Shown: positions 8,660 through 18,221, counted from the first letter of the stretch. The stretch is DNA of 64,000 nt from Vicinamibacterales bacterium (GCA_965203525.1 OZ241898.1:4185621-4249620); one strand, 5' to 3'. A program made the numbers and translations. Notes: generated by a model not told the origin, from the sequence alone.

Positions 8660-11113
8660 CTACCGCACGCCGCCGCCGAAGGTGACCCCGACGTAGATCT
8701 CGCGGTCCGGCGACGGCTCGTAGTAGCGGCGGCCGAACGCGTTGGTGATCGCCGACGAGTTGTAGCGCTCGTCGAAGAGGTTGTCGATTCCGACGAACGG
8801 GCGCACCTCGACGCCGCCCCACCGCCCGTCCCAGCCGAAACGCAGGTCGACCACCGTGTAGGCCCAGTTCGTCGCCGCCGGGTCGTTGGCGTTGGTGAGG
8901 AAGAACTCGTCGACCCGGCGCACCGTGGCGCTCGACCGCAGGCCGAACGGCGCCGCGTAGTCGATGCCCGCGAACAGGCGGCGGGGCGGCGCGCCCGGCT
9001 CCAGGTTGCCGCTGAAGTCGTCGTCCCCCAGCACGAACCGCCGGAACACGAAGTCCTGCGAGGTGTAGGCGACCCGCGCGCTGAAGCGCGACACCGGCTG
9101 CCAGTTGAGGGCCAGCTCGACGCCGTTGCGGGACGTCTCGCCCGCGTTGTCGAAGTAGGTCGCTTCGTCGGCGCGCTGGAACGGCACGAAGGCGTCGAGC
9201 ACGCGGGCGCGGTAGACCGCGGCCTCGTACTGCAGCCGCGCCGGCTGGATCAGCCCGCGCAGTCCGATCTCGGCACTGCGCAGCCGCTCCGGATCGAGGA
9301 GCTGGTTGAAGCCGCCCGCCCCGGTCGGCGTGTTCGACAACTCGACGGTGGTCGGCGTCTCGTACGCCGTGGCGACGTTGCCGTAGAGGTTGAGGTTCGG
9401 GGAGGCCGCCACGGTGACGCCGACCGAGGGGCTCGCGGCCCCCATGGTGCGGTCGCCCGACTGGTCGCCGTCGTCCAGCTTCCGATCCGTCGCCCGAAAC
9501 CGGTAGTAGTCGTAGCGCACCCCGGCGGTCAGGGTGACCCGGGCGTGCGGCGAGACGCTCGTCTGCGCGAACGGTCCGGCCGACAGGACGTCCTCCTGCT
9601 GGTCGATCCGCGGAGCGCCGCGGTGCGCCGTGCCGCCGACGACGAAGGGCGGCGCGAAGCCGAACTCCATGCGGCTGTCGTTCTGCGACGCCACGTCCAC
9701 CCCGGTCGTCCACTCGATCGTCGTCGAACCGGCGCGGGCCGAGCCGAGATACTCCGACCGCACGCCGGCGGCGCGGCGGTTCAGGTCGATGACGCGGCCA
9801 ACGCCGCCGGCGTCCAGCGCGCGCCGGGCGCCCCAGCCGGTGGCGCGGAAGAGCTGCGCGCCGGCGAAACGGTGCTCCAGAGTCACGCCGCCCTGCCCCT
9901 GGCGGGCCGTCTCCCCCCAGTTCTGCTCGGCGACGGTCGGACTCCGATGGCCCGAGCAGCCGAAGCGTCCCCCGCAGGGGCGCGCCTGCCGCGGGTTCGC
10001 GCCGCCCGCCGACGCCGGCAGCCGCGGGTCGCCCGCCTGCGCCGCGGTCAGGAAGCTCGGGCTCTCGGCGAACGGCGCGGCGTAGTGGTTGAAGATGCCG
10101 GAAAGGTCCGTGCGATCCGACAGCGCCTGCCGCGCCACGACGTTCGTCTGGCGGACGTCCGCCGCGCTGTGGTCGCGCCAGCTGTCGGTGTGGAAGCGGC
10201 TGAAGCTGCCCATGAAGCGGGTGCCGCCGTCGTTGTGGCCGTCGACGCGCAACTGCTGCCGGTTGTAGCCGTTGCTGCCGATCTGCAGGTCGGGGCGGAC
10301 CGTCAGCCGCCGCGACCGGTCGATCTCGGTGAACAGGCTGATGACGCCGCCGGCCGAGTTGCCGTAGAGCACGGAGCTGGGCCCGCGGATGACCTCGATG
10401 CGCCGCACCGACCCCAGATCGACGTTGCCCGGCTCGGTGGTGCCGTCGGCCGTCGTGATCGGAATGCCGTCCTGGATGATGGCCAGCCCGCGCAGGCCGA
10501 AGCGCGGCTGCGGCGCGCGGATGCTGAGCCCGATGCCGCCCGACAGCCCGTAGTTGCGCCGGTTCTGGACCAGCAGGCCGGGAATGCCGCGCAGCGCCTC
10601 GTCGAGCGACGACTTCCGTTCGGTGAAGTCGAGGGCTTCGGCGCCCACCACCGCCACCGCGTTGGGGACCGACGCCAGGCGCTGATCGGAACGGGTCACG
10701 GTCACCGTCTCGGCCAGCGGCGCGATGGCCAGCGTGAGATCGAGCGCCGTAGCGCCGCCGCCGACCGTCACCGCCGCCGACTCGCCGAGAAAACCGGGCA
10801 GGAACGCCTCGATCTCGTACTCCCCCGCCGGCAGGCCGGCGATCTCGTACGCCCCGCGGGCGTCCGAGACGGTGCTGCGCGGCGGCCGGCCCGCCGCGTC
10901 ACGCGCCGTGACGGCAACCCCCGGCAGGACGCCGCCGAGCTCGTCCAGCACGGTCCCGGTGACCGATCCCGTGCCGCCGTCCTGCTCCGCCGCCGCCGGT
11001 GCGCCGGTCAGGAGCCAGAGCGCAACGGCGGCGGCGGCCCGGCCGGGGCCGCCCCTGTCGAATCGAATCGTCGAGAACACCACTCCACCCACCATCACCG
11101 AAAGCGGTTTCAC
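8660..11113 (-). CDS. TonB-dependent receptor with N-terminal carboxypeptidase-regulatory-like domain
   Basis: Track ORF of 817 aa. Has a signal peptide, a CarbopepD_reg-like segment (GTVLDELGGVLPGVAVTARD..YEIAGLPAGEYEI) and a plug region (IEVIRGPSSVLYGNSAGGVISL). Start could be GTG 11113 or ATG 11095. Confidence 0.85.
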   Translation of the reverse strand: MKPLSVMVGGVVFSTIRFDRGGPGRAAAAVALWLLTGAPAAAEQDGGTGSVTGTVLDELGGVLPGVAVTARDAAGRPPRSTVSDARGAYEIAGLPAGEYEIEAFLPGFLGESAAVTVGGGATALDLTLAIAPLAETVTVTRSDQRLASVPNAVAVVGAEALDFTERKSSLDEALRGIPGLLVQNRRNYGLSGGIGLSIRAPQPRFGLRGLAIIQDGIPITTADGTTEPGNVDLGSVRRIEVIRGPSSVLYGNSAGGVISLFTEIDRSRRLTVRPDLQIGSNGYNRQQLRVDGHNDGGTRFMGSFSRFHTDSWRDHSAADVRQTNVVARQALSDRTDLSGIFNHYAAPFAESPSFLTAAQAGDPRLPASAGGANPRQARPCGGRFGCSGHRSPTVAEQNWGETARQGQGGVTLEHRFAGAQLFRATGWGARRALDAGGVGRVIDLNRRAAGVRSEYLGSARAGSTTIEWTTGVDVASQNDSRMEFGFAPPFVVGGTAHRGAPRIDQQEDVLSAGPFAQTSVSPHARVTLTAGVRYDYYRFRATDRKLDDGDQSGDRTMGAASPSVGVTVAASPNLNLYGNVATAYETPTTVELSNTPTGAGGFNQLLDPERLRSAEIGLRGLIQPARLQYEAAVYRARVLDAFVPFQRADEATYFDNAGETSRNGVELALNWQPVSRFSARVAYTSQDFVFRRFVLGDDDFSGNLEPGAPPRRLFAGIDYAAPFGLRSSATVRRVDEFFLTNANDPAATNWAYTVVDLRFGWDGRWGGVEVRPFVGIDNLFDERYNSSAITNAFGRRYYEPSPDREIYVGVTFGGGVR

Positions 11114-11330
11114 CGAAAAGCGGTTTCGGACGCATCCGCAAGCGGCGCCGCCGCCCCGCCTGCCTCCGCCCTGCGCGGAGCAAGGTTACAACATGACGGC
11201 GTGCGCGGACGGGGACGGTGGGCGAGCACCCGGCCGGACGCCGGACGCCGCATGCGGGGAGAGCGCGAGATTACGGGGACGGTGGGCGAGCACCCGGAAG
11301 CACCCGGCCGGACCCGCCCCGGCCCGGGCG

Positions 11331-12422
11331 TCAGGTGCGCATGACGCGGAACGCGAGCGGGGGGGCCGGTTCCTCCGCCTCGGCGAGCGCCTCGGCGATC
11401 AGGTGGTGGTGGGGCGACAGGTGGCAGACCGGGTCGGTGGCGGCGGCGTCGCCGGTCATCAGGTAGGCCTGGCAGCGGCAGCCGCCGAAGTCGATCTCGC
11501 GCCGGTCGCAGCTCCGGCACGGCTCCGGCAGCCAGTCGGTGCCGCGGAACCGCTGGAAGACGCCGGACGCGAACCAGATCTCCTCCAGGGACGAATCCCG
11601 GACGTTCGGGAATTCGAGGCCCGGGATCTCGCGCGCGGTCTGGCACGGCAGGGCCGCGCCGTCCGGCGCCACCGCCAGGAAGACCATGCCCCAGCCGTGC
11701 AGGCACGCCTTGGGAAACTTCTCGAAGTAGTCGGGCAGCACGTGCACCACGTCCAGCCGGCCGCTGCTCGCGGCCAGCTTCTCTTCCACGACGCGCTGCG
11801 CCCGCTCGACCTGCGCGCGGGTCGGCATCAGCGCCGCGCGGTTGCGGAACGCCCAGCCGGTGTACTGGGTGTTGGCCAGCTCCAGCCGGTCGACGCCCCA
11901 GGCGAAGGCGGTCTCGACGACCTCGCCGATGCGCTCCAGGTTGTGCCGGTGCAGCACGACGTTGAGGGTGACCGGAAACCCGATCCGCTTGGCGGCGAGC
12001 ACCGCGTCGCGCTTGCGGCCCCAGGACGGGGCGCCGGCCAGCCGGTCGTTCGACTCGCGCTCGGTGTCGAGCAGGCTCACCTGCAGGTGGTCGAGCCCCG
12101 CCTTGCGCAGGCTCTCGATCATCCTCTCGTCGGCCAGCGTGGCCCCGGTGCTCAGATTCGAGTAGAGCTCGCATGCGCGCGCCGCGCGGATCAGGTCGAG
12201 GACGTCGCGGCGGACGAGCGGCTCGCCGCCCGACAGGTGGAGCTGCGCGACGCCGAGCTCGGCCGCCTGCTCGAACACCCGCACCCAAGTGGCGGTGTCC
12301 AGCTCGTTCCGGTAGCGGGCGAGCTCCAGCGGATTGCTGCAGTACGGACACTGCAACGGACAGCGGTAGGTGATCTCGGCCAGCAGCGCGCGCGGCCGGG
12401 GCAGGTCGGCGGGCGGCGTCAT
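11331..12422 (-). CDS. pqqE: PqqE, radical SAM/SPASM peptide-modifying enzyme
   Basis: Track ORF of 363 aa. Carries the radical-SAM motif CPLQCPYCSN and C-terminal SPASM cysteines (CRSCDRREIDFGGCRCQ). Lies in a pqqABCDE context. Confidence 0.92.
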   Translation of the reverse strand: MTPPADLPRPRALLAEITYRCPLQCPYCSNPLELARYRNELDTATWVRVFEQAAELGVAQLHLSGGEPLVRRDVLDLIRAARACELYSNLSTGATLADERMIESLRKAGLDHLQVSLLDTERESNDRLAGAPSWGRKRDAVLAAKRIGFPVTLNVVLHRHNLERIGEVVETAFAWGVDRLELANTQYTGWAFRNRAALMPTRAQVERAQRVVEEKLAASSGRLDVVHVLPDYFEKFPKACLHGWGMVFLAVAPDGAALPCQTAREIPGLEFPNVRDSSLEEIWFASGVFQRFRGTDWLPEPCRSCDRREIDFGGCRCQAYLMTGDAAATDPVCHLSPHHHLIAEALAEAEEPAPPLAFRVMRT

Positions 12423-12619
12423 GCTCCACTCCCCTCACGGCGCGCCGGCGGCAGGTCGGCCGGCGGCGGATGCACCTGCTCGGCTGCGAGTTGACGGCGG
12501 TCCACCGGTGCTCCGCTGACGGCGAGGCCGGCCGGCGGCGGATGCGCCTGCTCGGCTGCGAGGGGATCGAGCGCGAACTCGCGGCGAGCCGGCGGCAGGC
12601 CGGCCGGCGGGGGCGTCAT
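12419..12619 (-). other. 66-codon junction ORF created by an imperfect duplication between pqqD and pqqE
   Basis: Its ATG overlaps the pqqD stop (ATGA at 12616-12619) and its stop overlaps the pqqE ATG (ATGA at 12419-12422). The sequence MTPPPAGLPPARRE...LAAEQAHPPPAGL...LAAEQVHPPPADL...REGSGA mimics the pqqE start and the pqqD end. Confidence 0.4.
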
Positions 12620-12924
12620 GCGCCACTCCCCTCTCCGCGCGCCGGCGGCGGGTCGGCGGCGGCGTCACGCACCAGTCCCCGCTCGGCGAGCCGTCCGAGG
12701 AACTCCCGGACGTCGTCCTCCGGCTCCGCCCCGGGAAACTGCTCCTTGAGGCTCTCCACCACGTCGTCCAGCGACCGCCCGTCGCACCGATCGACGATCG
12801 CCTTGCCCGGCTCGTTGAGCACGATCATCCCCTCGGGGAAGACGAGCTGGTGCTCGTTGCGCACCTTGTCCCACCGATAACGCGTGTGCGGCGCCAGCAC
12901 CGGCCGCCGGATGCCCTCCTCCAT
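12616..12924 (-). CDS. pqqD: PqqD, PQQ synthesis peptide chaperone
   Basis: Starts MEEGIRRPVLAPHTRYRWDKVRNEHQLVFPEGMIVLNEPGKAIVDRCDG at ATG 12924. About 100 aa, placed between pqqC and pqqE. Confidence 0.85.
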   Translation of the reverse strand: MEEGIRRPVLAPHTRYRWDKVRNEHQLVFPEGMIVLNEPGKAIVDRCDGRSLDDVVESLKEQFPGAEPEDDVREFLGRLAERGLVRDAAADPPPARGEGSGA

Positions 12925-12926
12925 CG

Positions 12927-13637
12927 TCACCCCGCCGCGCCGCCGGTCGGCGTCACGCACTGGTGGTAGACGGCGTCGAGCTGCGCCCAGAGCAGATCGC
13001 ACTTGAAGCGCAGCGCCGCCGCCGCCCGCTCCTGCTCCGGACGGGTGACGCAGTGGTCCAGGACGATCGACAGCCCGTGGTCGGTGTCGCGCGGCGCCTG
13101 CGTCAGGCGCGACCGGAAATAGGCGAGCGCCGCCGGATCGATCCAGGCGTAGTGCTTCTCGAAAGCCGCGAGCCGCGTCGCCATCAGGTCCGGCGAGAAG
13201 AGCTCGGTCAGCGACGAGGCGACGCCCTCCACCCACGGGCGCGTCTCGACGAACTTCACGTAGGCGTCGACGGCGTAGCGCACCCCGGGCAGGAGCCGGC
13301 GATCGTCTTCGAGCTCCTCCGGGGCCACGCCGGCCGCGGCGGCCAGACGCAGCCACTTGTCGATGCCCCCCGGCGTGCCGTCCGTGCCGTCATGGTCGTG
13401 GATGCGCTGGATCCACTTCTGGCGGATGACGCGATCGGGACACCGCGACAGCAGGATGGCGTCCTTGATCGGGATGTTCTTCTGGTAGTAGAAGCGGTTG
13501 GCGACCCAGAGCCGGATCTGCTCCCGGCTCAGCCGGCCGTCGTTCATCAGCCGGTGAAAGGGATGCTTGTCGTGGTAGCGGGCCTGTCCGACCGCCCGCA
13601 ACTGCCCGGTGAACTCGTCCCGTGACCACGGTTTCAT
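12927..13637 (-). CDS. pqqC: PqqC, pyrroloquinoline-quinone synthase
   Basis: Starts MKPWSRDEFTGQLRAVGQARYHDKHPFHRLMNDGRLSREQIRLWVANRFYYQKNIP at ATG 13637. This is the C-terminal part of track ORF 12927..14579. Confidence 0.9.
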   Translation of the reverse strand: MKPWSRDEFTGQLRAVGQARYHDKHPFHRLMNDGRLSREQIRLWVANRFYYQKNIPIKDAILLSRCPDRVIRQKWIQRIHDHDGTDGTPGGIDKWLRLAAAAGVAPEELEDDRRLLPGVRYAVDAYVKFVETRPWVEGVASSLTELFSPDLMATRLAAFEKHYAWIDPAALAYFRSRLTQAPRDTDHGLSIVLDHCVTRPEQERAAAALRFKCDLLWAQLDAVYHQCVTPTGGAAG

Positions 13638-13696
13638 CAGCGCCCCCACCGCTCCGCGGGACGGCTTACCGCCGCCCCGCGGCCGCGCCGTGCTGC

Positions 13697-14626
13697 TCAG
13701 AGATCGAAGACGTCCCCGTCGGCGCCGACCCGGACGCCCGCGTCCTCGACGCGGCGCCGCTCCGGGCTCGACGCGTTCAGCATCGGGTTCGTGTTGTTGA
13801 CGTGCACGTACACGCGGTGGCGGACGGGCAGCCCGCCCATCCACGCAAGGCTCCCACCGTCGCCGGCGACCGGCAGATGCCCCATCTCCCGCGCCGTGAC
13901 GTCGGTGATGCCGGCCGTGCGCGGCTCGTCGTCCGACCAGAAGGTGCCGTCCAGCAGGAGGGCGTCGGCGCCCTCGGCCGCTGCGCGCAACGCATCGTTG
14001 ACGGCCGGCGCGCCGGGCGCGTACACGAGCCGGGCGCCGCGGGCGACGTCGGTGATCTCCAATCCGATCACGGATCCGACGGCGTCGGCCGCCTCCGTGC
14101 CGACGACGAAGCGCGGCACGTCGCGTCCCACCTCGAACGCCCGCAGCCGCAGGCCGCTCGGCCCGCCGTCCACCCCCGCCGGCAGCTCCGTCGGCTCGTC
14201 CAGCGGCAGGTCGATCCAGGGGCGCGGGGCGAAGTGCGACAGGACCGGGGCCACCGGGAAGTGCTCCGTCAGCCACTCGCGCACCAGCGGGGTGGAGACG
14301 ACCGGGAACGCGCAGCCCTCCCGGACGAGGAGGAGTCCCGACACGTGGTCCAGCTCGGCGTCGGTGAGCACGCAGCCCGCGATGGCCGTCGCGCGCCCGC
14401 CGCCGCCGGCCGGCGTCAACTCGGGCGTCGCCTGGATCTGCTGTCGGATGTCCGGAGAAACGTTGAAGAGGAACCACCGCTCGCCGTCGGCGGTAATCGC
14501 AAGGGAAGACTGGGTGCGTGCGGAAATCTCGGGAGATCCCGCACGCACGCCAGAGCAGTTCGGGCATCGGCAGTTCCACTGCGGCAGGCCGCCGCCGGCC
14601 GCCGAGCCCAGGATCCGAACGCGCAC
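13697..14626 (-). CDS. pqqB: PqqB (metallo-beta-lactamase fold)
   Basis: Track ORF of 309 aa starting MRVRILGSAAGGGLPQWNCRCPNCS, a typical PqqB N-terminus. Confidence 0.9.
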   Translation of the reverse strand: MRVRILGSAAGGGLPQWNCRCPNCSGVRAGSPEISARTQSSLAITADGERWFLFNVSPDIRQQIQATPELTPAGGGGRATAIAGCVLTDAELDHVSGLLLVREGCAFPVVSTPLVREWLTEHFPVAPVLSHFAPRPWIDLPLDEPTELPAGVDGGPSGLRLRAFEVGRDVPRFVVGTEAADAVGSVIGLEITDVARGARLVYAPGAPAVNDALRAAAEGADALLLDGTFWSDDEPRTAGITDVTAREMGHLPVAGDGGSLAWMGGLPVRHRVYVHVNNTNPMLNASSPERRRVEDAGVRVGADGDVFDL

Positions 14627-14651
14627 CGCGAACGACCCTGTCGATCCCCGC

Positions 14652-14726
14652 CTAGCGGCTGTTGACGTAGAACGTCACTTCCATCGAGAGGGAGATCGCT
14701 TTGAACTCGGGCTTCGTCCAGGTCAT
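14652..14726 (-). CDS. pqqA: PqqA precursor peptide (24 aa)
   Basis: MTWTKPEFKAISLSMEVTFYVNSR, hidden at the end of spurious track ORF 14652..17102. The conserved E-x-x-x-Y (EVTFY) is present. It sits immediately upstream of pqqB. Confidence 0.85.
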   Translation of the reverse strand: MTWTKPEFKAISLSMEVTFYVNSR

Positions 14727-15049
14727 CTTGGCTACTCCTTGGTAGTTCCGAAGAAACGCTGTGAACGGTGAACGTCGGAGCATACCACTCTCGCCGGCGG
14801 AGCGCAAGGGTTCGACGACTCCGATCCGCGGCCCGGAGACGCGCCGGCCGGCGGTCCCCCCCGCGGCGACCCGGCTCCGTGCGGAGACGCCGAGTCCGCC
14901 GGCGGCAAGCTGCGCGACCGGCTCGCCGCGCGTCGAGCCGTTCGATGCCGCCGCCGAGCGCCAGCGAGTCCGCCGGCGGCGAGCTGCGCGACCGGCTCGA
15001 TGGTCCCGCGGCGCCCGGTTCGCCGCGCGGAGACGCCGAGGCGTTCCGG

Positions 15050-16540
15050 TCAGACGCGCATCGTCCGCCAGCGCCCGCCGCGGAAGAGCCGCTGCATCAG
15101 CACGAGCTGCAGCGCGGGCGCCGCCACCCAGGCGAGCAGCGCGCCCTCGGGCGCCCAGCCGGCCCCGACCGCCAGGATCAGCGTCAGCGCCAGCAGCACG
15201 CCCCACTGCGTCACGATCGTGTAGCGGAAGATCGGCTTCGTGTCGCCCGCGCCGGTCAGCGCTCCCTGGGTGCCGATGCTGAGCGAGCTGAAGAACTGCG
15301 CCACCGCGAACCAGCGCAGCACCGTGGCCCCCAGCGCGGCGACTTCCGGATCGGCGAGGAACAAGGCGGCGAGCGGGCCGGCGAACAGAAAGGTCGCCGC
15401 CACGACGCCCGCCATGATCAGCCCGAGCAGCAGCACGGCGCGCTGGCCGAGCGACTGCGCCAGATCGTAGCGGCGCGCCCCGACCGCCTGGCCGACGAGC
15501 GTCGCGGCCGCCACCTGGAACGCCAGCGCCGGCAGCACGCTCGCCAGGCGCACTTGCAGGCCCACGCCGACCGCGGCGTGCAGCGCAGCCCCGCGCGGCG
15601 CCGTCCCCAGCAGGGCCAGGTACACCACGCGGGCGCCGTTGCGGGCGACGGCGGCCAGGGCCGGCGGCGTGCCGATCCGCAGGATGCGCCGCATCAGTTC
15701 CCGATCGGCGTCCTGCCCGGGTCGCAGCCGCGGGCGCGCGTGCGGGGCGCCGCCCCTCGTCTCGCCGGCGGGATCCGGACGTCGCAGCCGCGGGCGCGCG
15801 TGCGGGGCCTGCCGTCCGTTCCGCATCTCGCTTCTCGGGCGGCGCAGCCGCAGGCGCGCGTGCGGGGTGCCGCGCACGAGCAGCGCCAGCCAGGCTGCCG
15901 CGCCGAGGCCGCGGGCCGCCACCGTGCCGATCGCCGCCCCGGCCACGCCCTGGGCGGGAACGGCCCCCGCGCCGAAGACGAAGACGTAGTTGAGCCCGAC
16001 GTTCAGCACGCTGACGACGGCGGCGATCTTCAGCGGCGTCAGCGTGTCGCCCGTCCCCCGCAGGACGGCCGCGGCGACGACGTTCGTCCAGAGGAACAGC
16101 GTGCCCAGGAAGTAGACGTGCAGGTAGGGAACGCCGTGCGCCAGCGTCCCGTCGCTCGCCTGCAGCGCCACCAGCAGCGGCCGGCTCGCAAGGTATCCGA
16201 CCAGGGTGGTCGGCGCGCCGAGCAGAACGACGAGCCGGAAGCTCTGCCGCACCGCGCCGTCGACCTGTGTCCGGTCCCCCGCCCCGACCCCCTGGCTGAC
16301 GAGCGTGATCACCCCGGCCGCGACGGCCAGCGCCGCCGACTCGAGCAGGAACGTGATCTGCCGGTTCAGTCCGATGGCGGCCGTCGCCTCGGCGCCGAGC
16401 CCGCGGACCATCAGGAAGTCGGCGACGCCCAGGCTCAACTCCAGGACGCTGTAGACCAGCGTGGGCCAGGCGAGCGCCCAGATCCGGCGGTACGAGCCGC
16501 GCGATCCGCCGGCGGCCGGGTCGGACGCGGAATCCGGCAT
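15050..16540 (-). CDS. MATE-family efflux transporter
   Basis: Starts MPDSASDPAAGGSRGSYRRIWALAWPTLVYSVLE at ATG 16540, the C-terminal 496 aa of track ORF 15050..17782. Multiple TM segments in two halves. Confidence 0.85.
   Translation of the reverse strand: MPDSASDPAAGGSRGSYRRIWALAWPTLVYSVLELSLGVADFLMVRGLGAEATAAIGLNRQITFLLESAALAVAAGVITLVSQGVGAGDRTQVDGAVRQSFRLVVLLGAPTTLVGYLASRPLLVALQASDGTLAHGVPYLHVYFLGTLFLWTNVVAAAVLRGTGDTLTPLKIAAVVSVLNVGLNYVFVFGAGAVPAQGVAGAAIGTVAARGLGAAAWLALLVRGTPHARLRLRRPRSEMRNGRQAPHARPRLRRPDPAGETRGGAPHARPRLRPGQDADRELMRRILRIGTPPALAAVARNGARVVYLALLGTAPRGAALHAAVGVGLQVRLASVLPALAFQVAAATLVGQAVGARRYDLAQSLGQRAVLLLGLIMAGVVAATFLFAGPLAALFLADPEVAALGATVLRWFAVAQFFSSLSIGTQGALTGAGDTKPIFRYTIVTQWGVLLALTLILAVGAGWAPEGALLAWVAAPALQLVLMQRLFRGGRWRTMRV
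15721..15867. repeat. 3 x 60-bp in-frame tandem repeat inside the MATE central loop
   Basis: g(t/g)cgcagccgc(g/a)ggcgcgcgtgcgggg occurs at 15721, 15781 and 15841. It encodes the repeated PHAR(P/L)RLR(R)P motif. Confidence 0.9.
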
Positions 16541-16667
16541 GTATCCTGATCCCCTTCGCGTGCGGGGGGACGATCCGTTGCGGAGTCGGAGCGCATCCGC
16601 CGCCCGGTGATCCCCTTCGCGTTGCGGGGGGACGATACCAGGATCCGCCGGCGGATCGGGCGACGTC

Positions 16668-18221
16668 ATGCCGGTCATCGACCACACCGGGAGGGGAGCC
16701 GCGCACGGCGGGCCGTCGGCGGCGGCCCGCGCAACGGCGCAACGGGCGGCCGGGCGCGTCGACGCGGCGGTCTCGACCCTGGCCGCGCTGGTGGCCTTTC
16801 CGACGGTGGCGGATCTTCCGACGCCCAACGCGCGGCTGGCGCCGTTCCGCGAGATGAAGGCGTACCTGGCGGGCGTCTGCCGCGCCCTGGGCTTCGACTT
16901 CGCGGACCATGGGGCGGCGGTCGTGATCGGAACCGGAAGCGCCCCGGACCGCCTGGGGCTCCTGACCCACGGGGACGTGCAGCCGGCGGACCGGGACCGC
17001 TGGCGCGGGGATCCGTTCGCGCTGGACGCGACCAGCGAGCCGGGCCGGCTGGTCGGCCGCGGCGTCGAGGACGACAAGGCGTCCATCGCCACCGCGCTGC
17101 ACGCCATGCGCGCCGCCCGCGAGATCGCCGCGCCGCTGCGGCGGCGGATCGAGCTCCTCGTCTCGATGACCGAGGAGTCGGACTGGACGCCGTTTCGCGA
17201 GTTCCTGCGCACCTGGGACCCGCCGGCGCTCAACGTGGCGCTCGACGCCAAGTACCCCGTCGTGACCGCCGAGAAGGGCGCCGGCGCGATCTTCCTGACC
17301 GTGCGGCCGGGCCCGCCCGACGAATCCGGTCCGGCGCGGCGCGGCGCGCGTCTGCTGTCGATCGCCGGCGGCGAGGCACGCAACCGGGTTCCCGCCGCGG
17401 CGGTGGCGGTCGTCGGCAACGCGGACCCCGGCTTGGCGGCGGCGCTGCGCGCCGGCGTCGATCCGTCAGGCGGCGTGACGTTCGACCTGCAACCGGACGG
17501 AGACCGGCTGACCGTGCGGGCGCACGGCGTCGCCGCGCACTCGTCCACGCCGTGGGAGGGCCGGAACGCCGTCACGCACCTCGCCGCGCTGCTGGCGCGC
17601 CGCGACTGGCCGCCCACGCCCGCGAGCCGCATGGTGCGGCTCGTCGCCGACCTCGTCGGCACCGGTGACCGCGCCGAACGCTTCGGCGAGCTGGCGTGCG
17701 CGCATCCGTTCATGGGACCGCTCACCCTCGCGCTGACCCGGCTGCGCGCCCGCGGCGGCGAGGACCTCGAAGCGTGTCTCAACGTCCGCTGTCCGGCCGG
17801 GCGGAGCCGGGCGCAGGTGGAGGCGGCCGTCCACGCCGCGCTCGAGGCGTGGGCGGTGCGGCGCGGGGGCGCGCGGCCCGCGTGCCGGATCGAAATGGGC
17901 GAGCCGTACTACGTGGAGTCGGCGCCCCACGTGCCGGTGCTGGTCGACGTCTACCGCCACTACACGGGCCAGCACGACGCCGGCCCGGTCGCGGTGGGCG
18001 GCGGCACGCAGGCGCGCCTGCTCCCCAACGGGGTCAACTTCGGGCCGTCGATGCCCGGGGCGCCCTACACCGGACACAGCGACCACGAGTTCGTGACGGT
18101 CGAGCAGTTCCGTCTGAACCTGATGATGCAGGCGGCCATGCTGGTCGATCTGGCCGGCGGGCGGGCGGACGCCGGGGTGACGGGCGGGAGCGGGCAGGGA
18201 CCTACACGGCGAGGCGTTTGA
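16668..18221 (+). CDS. M20-family metallopeptidase (dipeptidase-like)
   Basis: Track ORF of 517 aa. Motifs HGDVQPA, GRGVEDDKASIATAL and SMTEES fit the M20 metal and catalytic residues. Confidence 0.75.
   Translation: MPVIDHTGRGAAHGGPSAAARATAQRAAGRVDAAVSTLAALVAFPTVADLPTPNARLAPFREMKAYLAGVCRALGFDFADHGAAVVIGTGSAPDRLGLLTHGDVQPADRDRWRGDPFALDATSEPGRLVGRGVEDDKASIATALHAMRAAREIAAPLRRRIELLVSMTEESDWTPFREFLRTWDPPALNVALDAKYPVVTAEKGAGAIFLTVRPGPPDESGPARRGARLLSIAGGEARNRVPAAAVAVVGNADPGLAAALRAGVDPSGGVTFDLQPDGDRLTVRAHGVAAHSSTPWEGRNAVTHLAALLARRDWPPTPASRMVRLVADLVGTGDRAERFGELACAHPFMGPLTLALTRLRARGGEDLEACLNVRCPAGRSRAQVEAAVHAALEAWAVRRGGARPACRIEMGEPYYVESAPHVPVLVDVYRHYTGQHDAGPVAVGGGTQARLLPNGVNFGPSMPGAPYTGHSDHEFVTVEQFRLNLMMQAAMLVDLAGGRADAGVTGGSGQGPTRRGV

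Noticed and set aside
11114-11330. Cobalamin or another riboswitch in the leader of the TonB-dependent receptor.
   Set aside because: No B12-box-like consensus or other recognisable riboswitch core was found. The region instead contains a 64-bp tandem duplication and a 15-16 bp repeat that copies the receptor start.
15050-17782. 910-aa ORF suggesting a very large MATE fusion protein. The N-terminal extensions of the FeoB (29757..32750) and PqqC (12927..14579) ORFs are similar cases.
   Set aside because: The upstream extensions are low-complexity and overlap other supported genes. Starts were placed at ATGs with an RBS or with ATGA stop/start coupling that give family-typical N-termini.
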